DNA from: an uncultured Gemmatimonadota bacterium
Lineage (GTDB): Bacteria; Gemmatimonadota; Gemmatimonadetes; Palauibacterales; KS3-K002
DNA: 43,791 nt
Direction of reading: 5' to 3'
NCBI GenBank assembly: GCA_964347815.1
Contig: CAYGAJ010000002.1
Coordinates: forward strand, 1-43,791
Position numbers and translations under genes: made by a program. Below, piece after piece: positions 37,627-43,791 of this stretch (the stretch's first letter is position 1; the number at the start of each line of letters is the position of its first letter). The notes under the pieces are model-generated. The model was not told the DNA's origin and made no database searches. It saw only the letters and a program-made list of their open reading frames with translations.

Positions 37627-38082
37627 ATGAGAGTCGCAATCGCACTGTTTTCAGCTTTGCTGGTACTCACAGCCGCGCCGGCCTCGGCCCAGACGGCCGC
37701 CGATTCAGCCGCGATCCGCCAAACGGCCCTCGACTACATTCAGGGATGGTATGAGGGGGATGCCGAGCGGATGGAGCGCGCTTTGCACCCGCAACTCGCG
37801 AAACGCATCGTCCGTCAGAGCCCGGCAGGCGGTGGAAGCCGACTGGATCACATGGGGGCGGAGCAGCTGATCGAGGGCACCCGCGCAGGCTACGGCACCC
37901 GCACGCCGGTCGAAAGACGTCAGAGTGATGTCACCATCCTCGATATCTTCGAGAACGTCGCCAGCGTGAAGGTCGTGGCGAGCGACTGGATCGATTACCT
38001 GCAGGTGGCCAGAGTCGACGACCGCTGGCTCATCATCAACGTGCTCTGGGAGTTGAAACCGGCGGCTCAGCGCAAGGGATAG
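37627..38082 (+). CDS. NTF2-like (putative lumazine-binding / SnoaL-like) secreted protein
   Basis: Signal peptide ending ASAQ. IRQTALDYIQGWYEGDAERMERALHPQLAKR and DYLQVARVDDRWLIINVLW are typical of the NTF2-fold lumazine-binding family. Confidence 0.7.
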   Translation: MRVAIALFSALLVLTAAPASAQTAADSAAIRQTALDYIQGWYEGDAERMERALHPQLAKRIVRQSPAGGGSRLDHMGAEQLIEGTRAGYGTRTPVERRQSDVTILDIFENVASVKVVASDWIDYLQVARVDDRWLIINVLWELKPAAQRKG

Positions 38083-38127
38083 CCCGGCGCAGAGGCCGCG
38101 GCTCGCAAAAGGAAGGGGCTCAGATCG

Positions 38128-38712
38128 ATGGCGTTGACACCTTCGACCATGCTGGAGTTGGGGACGCGAGTCCCCCAATTCAACCTGCGAAATGCGGCGG
38201 ACGGCCGGCCCGTTTCGCCGGACGATTACGCGGACGAGGCCGCCTTGCTGGTCATGTTCATCTGCAACCACTGCCCGTACGTTCAGCATATCTTGAGTGA
38301 GCTGGGACGACTGGCCGCTGACTATCTGCCGCGAGGCGCCGCCGTCGTCGCGATCAATTCCAACAGCGAGCGCACCCATCCCCAGGATGGCCCCGAGCAC
38401 ATGAAGGAGCTTGCCCAGGCCGAGGGGTGGCAGTTTCCCTTCCTGTTCGATGAGACCCAGGATGTAGCCAAGCGCTTCCGAGCGGCCTGTACCCCCGACT
38501 TTTTCCTCTTCGACGGCGACCGCAAGCTCGTCTATCGTGGGCAGTTCGATGACAGCCGGCCAGGGAACGGCGTTCCGGTCACCGGTCGTGACCTTCGGGC
38601 TGCGCTGGATGCGGTGCTCGTGGGTGCCGCGGTTCCCGAAGAGCAGAAACCCAGCGTGGGTTGCAACATCAAGTGGACGCCCGGGAATGAGCCCGATTAC
38701 GTCGGCCTGTGA
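38128..38712 (+). CDS. Thioredoxin-fold (AhpC/TSA-redoxin-like) protein
   Basis: CxxC-type motif CNHCPYV within a thioredoxin-like layout (VPQFNL...LLVMFICNHCP...VVAINSN...FPFLFDETQDVAKRF...TPDFFLFD). ATG is preceded by AAAGGAAGGGG. Confidence 0.8.
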   Translation: MALTPSTMLELGTRVPQFNLRNAADGRPVSPDDYADEAALLVMFICNHCPYVQHILSELGRLAADYLPRGAAVVAINSNSERTHPQDGPEHMKELAQAEGWQFPFLFDETQDVAKRFRAACTPDFFLFDGDRKLVYRGQFDDSRPGNGVPVTGRDLRAALDAVLVGAAVPEEQKPSVGCNIKWTPGNEPDYVGL

Positions 38713-39388
38713 CGACGAGTTTCTCGTCGCCGGTACTTCTGTTCATACCTCGGCCCTGATCCTCCGACCGCCCGAAGCACGTCTGGGTTTCGTGCTCGCC
38801 CACGGCGCGGGCGCCGGGATGCGTCACCCGTTTCTCGAGAAGCTGGCGCTCGCCCTGGCCTCCGCGAAGATCGCCACCTTTCGCTACCAATTCCCGTACA
38901 TGGAGCAAGGGCGTCGCGCTCCGGATCCGCCCCATCTCCTGCAGGCGACGGTGCGGTCCGCCGTACAGACGGCGCAGACACACCTCGAAGGGCTGCCGCT
39001 GGTTGCCGGCGGCAAGTCTTTGGGGGGCCGGATGACCTCCAGCGCGGCCGCCGCCACACCGCTCGCCGGTGTGCGGGGTCTGATCTTCGTGGGCTTTCCA
39101 CTCCACGCTGCGGGGAGGCCGGGTGATGGGCGGGCGGCGCACCTGGAAGATGTGGATGTGCCGATGCTGTTCCTGCAGGGCACGCGTGACGGGCTGGCCC
39201 GCCTCGACCTGATCGAGCGCGTTTGCCTGCGTCTGGGTGACCGGGCCACCCTTCATGTCGTCGGGGGAGGCGATCACTCCTTCAAAGTCCTGAAGCGGTC
39301 TGGCCGTTCGGAGGAGGAGGTCACGCAGGAAATGATCGACGCGATCGGTCGCTGGGCTTCAACGGCCCTGGGTCTACGGAACGATTGA
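38687..39388 (+). CDS. Alpha/beta-fold hydrolase (dienelactone-hydrolase / KANL3-Tex30-like)
   Basis: LAHGAGAGMRHPF, nucleophile-elbow-like GGKSLGGRM, and GGDHSF near the C-terminus. The only in-frame start near the homology is ATG 38687, which overlaps the upstream gene by 26 nt. Confidence 0.72.
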   Translation: MSPITSACDDEFLVAGTSVHTSALILRPPEARLGFVLAHGAGAGMRHPFLEKLALALASAKIATFRYQFPYMEQGRRAPDPPHLLQATVRSAVQTAQTHLEGLPLVAGGKSLGGRMTSSAAAATPLAGVRGLIFVGFPLHAAGRPGDGRAAHLEDVDVPMLFLQGTRDGLARLDLIERVCLRLGDRATLHVVGGGDHSFKVLKRSGRSEEEVTQEMIDAIGRWASTALGLRND

Positions 39389-41332
39389 GGGGTCGGACGC
39401 GTCGGGGTAGAGCACGGCACGAACGAGCTTCAAGAGCTCGTTCCGGTCGCGTACGTTGAAGAAGTAGGCGCGCCCGCTCTTGCGTTTGAGGAAGACGCCG
39501 GGTCGGATCAGGCCCAGGGCGAGCGGGACACACCTGAAGATCTCCCGTGACAGCCAGACCTGTGGGAAGCGGCGGAGGCCGATCTCGGCGATCTCATCTC
39601 GTGGCAAGGCGACGGAACGGTAGGACAGGTGCTTGATCAGCACGCGGTCGTCGAAGAGCAGGAACTTCCTCGGAATATGCGCAAGCGCAAGAATCACGAG
39701 CCATACCGTGACGACCAGCATCGCAGCGAAGACGCTCCACTGGACGATGAACTGTTCGATGCCCAGCAGTAGCCGATCGGCGAAGACCTGGTAGCCGTAG
39801 AACAGCAAGCGTCCGGCGATCGCGGCCAGAAAGAGCGCCAGCAGCGCATAGATCGCCAGGTAAAGTGGAGAAAGCCGAAAGCGCGCCACGTAACGCAAGC
39901 GCGTCAGGTCGACGGGACGGGTCAGCCGCCGCCGCGCGACCGCGGTGCTGCCCCAGAGTAGACCCAAGACGAACAGCAGAAGAAGGAGCTGCGGGATCGG
40001 GTGTGGGTAGACGATGAAGGAGACGCGCCGCTCGGGCACAAAATGCTCGCGCACGAAGCTCTCGATCGAAGCCTTGCTCACCGTATCGAAAGCTGCCGCG
40101 ACGTCGGGGAAGCGCGCGTAGAGCCGACGGTCGAAGAAGAACCGGGCGACCCAGCGCTCGAGGTCATCCGCACCGGTGTTGCTCACCCGTAGCTGGCGTG
40201 AGACGGCAGCGCGGTCGGATTCGAACTCGTCACGTGACATCGTGCCGCTCTTGAGCGCGTCGATTTCCTCTTCCAGTACACTCCGCGCGTAGTCAAACTC
40301 GCCCTCTTTGATCGAGCCAATCACGTGGATGTAGGCGGCGCGCGCCCGCTTGATGATCGCCACGCGGACGCCGTAGGTCGCTTTCCGCTCGCCGAAGCGC
40401 AGCCGATCGTTGAGCCGTTTCTGAAGGAACTGGTTGACGAAAAGGAGCTTGAGCTCCTGATCCGGGCTGAGGTTGTAGAATTTGAAGCGCTCCGAGTAAT
40501 GGACGTTCGAGCGGAACGTCCAGAAAACGGTCTTCCAATAGCGGCCGGGATCGCTGAGCGGCACGGTGGTTTCCGGTGCTGGACGTGCCGGGAGCTGGGC
40601 GAAGGTCTCGTCGATCTTGGCCAAGACTTCCTCGCGCGCGACGTCGCCGATGACGGTGAGAGTCATGAGGGAGGGCACGTAGTAGGTGTCGTAGAACCAC
40701 CGGAGATCGTCGGAGCTGATCCGATTGAGGCTCGCATACGGATAATAGTCGCGGGAGGCGAGCGTCTCGATCCCGAATTCGCGCTCCCAGAACGGCGGAA
40801 TTCGAAGCCACGTCGGGTTCAGGTAGTAGGCCCAGACCCAGTCGATCAGCTCGCGCGGCCGGGCGTTGATCTCCACAGCGATCGGCTGGCGCTGGCGGTC
40901 GACCACTCGAGGATCCATCTCGTGTGGCGCAAGGATCCGGTAGAGCCAGTCCAGCGCGAAGCTCGTGTGCGCTTTGCCGATTCGCACGTAGTAAAACGTG
41001 CGATCCGCACTGACCGAGGCGTTGTAGATGCCTCCCAGCGCCTCGATCTCGCGCTTGACTTCTTCCTCGGTCTTACCCGGTTGGTCGCTCAGGAGCATGT
41101 GCTCTGTGAAGTGGGCCAACTGCTCCTTGCCGCGGGGATCGGCGTCGGCGCCGACGGCCAGGGCGACGCTGATCGAGACCAGGGGATCATCGGGCAGACG
41201 GTTGTACCAGACCCGTAGGCCGTTGGTCAGCTCGTGGCTCTCGAATCCGGCGAAGGCGTTGGGCGGACCGAGAGAATCGGGCGGTGGCGCTTGCGCGGCG
41301 AGCGTCAATAAGACCAGGGCGGCGGCGAGCAT
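39374..41332 (-). CDS. M16 (pitrilysin/insulinase) family peptidase fused to a C-terminal multi-TM segment and a PH-like domain
   Basis: Signal peptide (LLTLAAQA). Inverted zinc motif HFTEH (HxxEH) with downstream EIEALGGIYNASVSADRTFYY. The C-terminal ~190 aa contain 3-4 hydrophobic helices, then LLFDDRVLIKHLSYRSVALPRDEIAEIGL...GVFLKRKSGRAYFF, which resembles bacterial PH (YdbS/YdbT-type) domains. ATG 41332 lies 2 nt after the upstream gene's stop. Confidence 0.8.
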   Translation of the reverse strand: MLAAALVLLTLAAQAPPPDSLGPPNAFAGFESHELTNGLRVWYNRLPDDPLVSISVALAVGADADPRGKEQLAHFTEHMLLSDQPGKTEEEVKREIEALGGIYNASVSADRTFYYVRIGKAHTSFALDWLYRILAPHEMDPRVVDRQRQPIAVEINARPRELIDWVWAYYLNPTWLRIPPFWEREFGIETLASRDYYPYASLNRISSDDLRWFYDTYYVPSLMTLTVIGDVAREEVLAKIDETFAQLPARPAPETTVPLSDPGRYWKTVFWTFRSNVHYSERFKFYNLSPDQELKLLFVNQFLQKRLNDRLRFGERKATYGVRVAIIKRARAAYIHVIGSIKEGEFDYARSVLEEEIDALKSGTMSRDEFESDRAAVSRQLRVSNTGADDLERWVARFFFDRRLYARFPDVAAAFDTVSKASIESFVREHFVPERRVSFIVYPHPIPQLLLLLFVLGLLWGSTAVARRRLTRPVDLTRLRYVARFRLSPLYLAIYALLALFLAAIAGRLLFYGYQVFADRLLLGIEQFIVQWSVFAAMLVVTVWLVILALAHIPRKFLLFDDRVLIKHLSYRSVALPRDEIAEIGLRRFPQVWLSREIFRCVPLALGLIRPGVFLKRKSGRAYFFNVRDRNELLKLVRAVLYPDASDPSIVP

Positions 41333-41334
41333 GG

Positions 41335-42651
41335 TCAGTGTGCCTCGCGGGCCCGGACGAGCGAGTAGCGGAACAGGGGCGGTCCGACCAGCTGGTTGAC
41401 GGCGATCATCGCGATGATGGCGGCCGTCACGGGCTCGCCCCATTCGGGAAAACGATCACGGACGATGTTCGCCAGCCCGAGCGTGACCCCTGCCTGGGCC
41501 ACGCAACCCAGCCAGGCATAGCGGCGCACGATGGCTTCGTCCTTGGCGGCGACCGCGCCGGCCAGCGTGCTCACGTACAAGAGGACGGTTCGCGCGATCA
41601 GAACGATGACGGCGGCCTGCCAGATCGCCGGGATCACACCGAGATCGAGATCCGCCCCGGCGACGGCGAAGAACAGGGCGTAGAGCGGGAGTGAGTTCAC
41701 CTCGAGCGCATCGAGAAACTTGGGGCCGTGGACCGAGTAGTTCTGGACGACGAACCCGGCGGCCAGGGCCATCAAGATGTAGAACTCGGACTCGAATCCC
41801 AGGGCGTAGGTGATCTCGACGACGCCGAGGGCGACGGCCAGAACAAAGAGGATCGGCTGCAGGTTGACCTTGGCCAGGTAGAGGCCGACCAGCAAGCCGA
41901 CGACTCCCCCGAGAACCAGGGCGAGTAAGATCGTGAGGCTGATCTCACCGAGCTGATGGAAATCGAATCCCGCGGCGGGATTGACCAGCACCGTCGCGGT
42001 CGGGACGATGACGGCGATCAATACCAGAATCGCCACGTCCTTCAGGATGCTCAGGCCCAGCACCGTGTCGGTGAGCGGTCCGCGCGACCGCACTTCGGTG
42101 ACCACCGCGATCGTCGTAGCGGGGGAGAGGGCGCCAGCCACGAGGCCTAGGATGAGGGAGACGGCCAGGATGGCTCGGGTCGACTGTCCGGCGAGAAACG
42201 GAAAAAAGCCACGGAAGAGAAAGACGACCGCGACGATGCCGGCGGTTATGATGATGGTCTGGTAAAGCGTCATCGCCCCGATGCTGACCAGCCGTTCCCG
42301 CAGATGCTGCATCCGCAACTCGCCGCCGGCCTGAAGGGCGATGAGGCTCAGCGCCACCCCGTTGATCAGCCGGAAATCCTGGACGGTCTGCTTCGGCAGC
42401 AGGCCCAGTACGTACGGCCCAAAGAGGATGCCGATGACGAGGTAGCCGGTGATCCGGGGAAGCCGCAGCTCGCGGGCCAGCTCGCCGGCGACAAACGCGG
42501 CGAGCAACAGGAAGCCGAGCAGCAGGGTGCCGCTGGCGACTCCGGGCTCCGGTCCCAGCAGCCGGAGGAACGCGGCCAGCAGCGAGATGACCAGCAGCGT
42601 CAGAAGGCGGCCGATCGTGCGGACGGTCGCCTGACGGATCAACCGGGCCAT
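41335..42651 (-). CDS. Cation:proton antiporter (Na+/H+ exchanger family, CPA-type), membrane domain only
   Basis: About 12 predicted TM helices. LRLPRITGYLVIGILFGPYVLG is the typical start of Na_H_Exchanger-family proteins. No KTN/TrkA domain. Start chosen at MARLIRQ (ATG 42651). Confidence 0.85.
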   Translation of the reverse strand: MARLIRQATVRTIGRLLTLLVISLLAAFLRLLGPEPGVASGTLLLGFLLLAAFVAGELARELRLPRITGYLVIGILFGPYVLGLLPKQTVQDFRLINGVALSLIALQAGGELRMQHLRERLVSIGAMTLYQTIIITAGIVAVVFLFRGFFPFLAGQSTRAILAVSLILGLVAGALSPATTIAVVTEVRSRGPLTDTVLGLSILKDVAILVLIAVIVPTATVLVNPAAGFDFHQLGEISLTILLALVLGGVVGLLVGLYLAKVNLQPILFVLAVALGVVEITYALGFESEFYILMALAAGFVVQNYSVHGPKFLDALEVNSLPLYALFFAVAGADLDLGVIPAIWQAAVIVLIARTVLLYVSTLAGAVAAKDEAIVRRYAWLGCVAQAGVTLGLANIVRDRFPEWGEPVTAAIIAMIAVNQLVGPPLFRYSLVRAREAH

Positions 42652-42843
42652 GAGCAGGCTTCGCGAGAGGAAAAAGGGTGAAGAACAGCGCGGAATCCTA
42701 GCGGTCGCGCGTGGCCGCGGCAAGCGCGTGGGAGCGTGAGCGGCGCCGGTCGATGCTTGACCATGTTGAGCAGCGGGGCCAACGTACGTCTGTCGATTCA
42801 ACGTCGGGCGTCGAGTCACGAGCTACCGCGATGAGGGGGGACC

Positions 42844-43224
42844 ATGAAGCGGCGGCGCAAAGCCTGGCCGTTAGTGGCGGTGACGACGCTGGCCCTGGGG
42901 CTGGCGGGTTGCGGTTCGGACGCCGAGGAGGGACAGGTGCCGGCCGTGTTAAGGCACCAGTTCGAGACACAGATGAAGACGATCCTTCACGACGTCCAGG
43001 TCGCGCAGGAGCAGGCGTCGGTTCTGGAGGGACGATATCTGGAGCTGCCCGAGCTGCGGCAGAAGTACTTCAATCGTCCCGTGCCGGAGAACTACGAGCT
43101 GAGCTTGGTGGGGGTGTCGCGGGACGCGTACAGCGCCGAGGTGGTGCACAAGGCGAGCGGGCTGTCTTGCCGGCTCGAGGTGTCGGCGGGAGCTGCTGGG
43201 GGAGGGGTGCCGCGCTGCAGCTAG
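42844..43224 (+). CDS. Hypothetical lipoprotein
   Basis: ATG is preceded by GAGGGGGG. Signal peptide plus lipobox (LALGLAGC). No family recognised. Confidence 0.65.
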   Translation: MKRRRKAWPLVAVTTLALGLAGCGSDAEEGQVPAVLRHQFETQMKTILHDVQVAQEQASVLEGRYLELPELRQKYFNRPVPENYELSLVGVSRDAYSAEVVHKASGLSCRLEVSAGAAGGGVPRCS

Positions 43225-43309
43225 GCGCTTGATGTCGCCGTCGGGCGAAGTAGATTGGGCAGTGGCAAGGAGTTGGGCGCCGGAGGCGGGCTCGGGAGCC
43301 CGTGAATGT

Positions 43310-43384
43310 GGTGGGCGTAGCTCAGGCGGTCAGAGCGCCAGGTTGTGGCCCTGGAGGTCGCGGGTTCGAGTCCCGTCGCTCACC
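43310..43384 (+). tRNA. tRNA-His (anticodon GTG)
   Basis: Cloverleaf folded by hand. Acceptor GTGGGCG/CGCTCAC (one G-U). D arm GCTC-AGGCGGTCA-GAGC. Anticodon arm CCAGG-TTGTGGC-CCTGG. T arm GCGGG-TTCGAGT-CCCGT. Encoded G-1 (43310) opposite discriminator C73, the His-specific identity feature. CCA is not encoded. Confidence 0.9.
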
Positions 43385-43444
43385 CTCGCTTAACTCATGT
43401 TTTTGCAGGGGCTTGAGGCGTCCGAGTTCGAGTGGGCTCGCCGG

Positions 43445-43472
43445 TTGACATTTCGCGAACCCTCTTGATATT
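43445..43472 (+). promoter_or_regulatory. Sigma70-type rrn promoter candidate
   Basis: TTGACA (43445-43450), a 16-nt spacer, then GATATT (43467-43472). It is followed by an AT-rich stretch (TTTTTCAGTATTATAG) ~270 nt upstream of the 16S start. Confidence 0.45.
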
Positions 43473-43516
43473 CGGCGTTTTTTCAGTATTATAGAAGTCC
43501 TCAACAAAGACGGAAC

Positions 43517-43552
43517 GGCCGCCCATGTCGGCGGGCCAACGCTGTTTGAAAA
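43517..43552 (+). promoter_or_regulatory. rrn leader antitermination elements (boxB-like hairpin + boxA-like GCTGTTTGAAAA)
   Basis: Hairpin GGCCGCC-CATGTC-GGCGGGCC followed after 3 nt by GCTGTTTGAAAA, which resembles the boxA consensus GCTCTTTAACAA. Its position between promoter and 16S is as expected. Confidence 0.4.
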
Positions 43553-43735
43553 GACAGGGCTGTGGGTGTGTGATGTGTGCGTTCGGCCCCCGGCGGGTGT
43601 CGTTTCCCGCCGATATTCAGGGGACTCAAAGCGAAAAAATTCCGGACGTGATCGTTTCGTTTCGCCTGGCGAAATGAGACGGAGCGTTCACCGAGCGAGA
43701 TCGGGTCGGGTAACCGACCGACCCTCGAGACTATA

Positions 43736-43791
43736 CAAGTGGAGGGTTTGATCCTGGCTCAGGACGAACGCTGGCGGCGTGCTTAACACAT
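43736..43791 (+). rRNA. rrs: 16S ribosomal RNA, 5' end (partial, runs off the window)
   Basis: GGAGGGTTTGATCCTGGCTCAGGACGAACGCTGGCGGCGTGCTTAACACAT is the universal 5' region of bacterial 16S (the 27F primer site and following helix). The start was estimated by alignment to the E. coli 5' end. Confidence 0.9.

Noticed and set aside
43322-43507. 61-aa minus-strand ORF.
   Set aside because: It overlaps and is antisense to the confidently folded tRNA-His and the rrn promoter region, so it is spurious.
1-43791. Scanned for CRISPR arrays, IS elements/transposases, integrases, prophage genes, toxin-antitoxin pairs and restriction-modification or known defence cassettes.
   Set aside because: I saw no regularly spaced direct repeats, no terminal inverted repeats flanking an ORF, and no DDE, tyrosine- or serine-recombinase, methyltransferase or ATPase-nuclease motifs in any credible ORF.

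Overview
High-GC (roughly two-thirds G+C by eye) bacterial chromosomal segment. It is densely coding, with about 37 CDS I can support. It ends in tRNA-His, then a promoter and leader, then the first ~55 nt of a 16S rRNA gene. I cannot assign a phylum without a database search.

Content is mostly core or housekeeping:
- TonB-type protein, M1 metallopeptidase, pdxH, and a secreted penicillin-acylase-family Ntn hydrolase
- TPR lipoprotein and a split Na/Pi-cotransporter + PhoU pair
- Zn-alcohol dehydrogenase, PAS hybrid histidine kinase and lysA
- LEA14-like protein, LON N-domain protein and the glyoxylate-shunt pair aceB-aceA
- Gamma-glutamyltransferase, cardiolipin synthase, DUF457 hydrolase, GNAT and an MTH1187-type protein
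- ppdK, MarR, a GltD-like Fe-S flavoprotein and a cytochrome c lipoprotein
- Amidohydrolase, alpha/beta-hydrolase-OsmC fusion, NTF2-like protein, thioredoxin-like protein and another alpha/beta hydrolase
- M16 peptidase fused to a membrane/PH-like module, a cation:proton antiporter and a lipoprotein

I saw no transposase, integrase, phage genes, CRISPR array, restriction-modification cassette or recognisable defence cassette, so I cannot claim a clearly novel multi-gene system.

The least ordinary stretch is ~30.4-34.6 kb. It holds two tiny convergent ORFs (one Cys-rich and acidic) and a 517-nt ORF-free gap. It also holds two near-identical sigma54-type -24/-12 elements and a MarR with a 4-Cys C-terminal tail. 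An apparent HdrA N-terminal remnant, an orphan GltD-like Fe-S flavoprotein and a cytochrome c complete it.

Other items worth a look are an orphan protein with a PD-(D/E)xK-like core (14.9-15.7 kb), an MKPPP mini-ORF leader (22.8 kb), and the antiporter / M16-TM-PH-like gene pair (39.4-42.7 kb).

All family assignments come from motif recognition by eye, not from searches.
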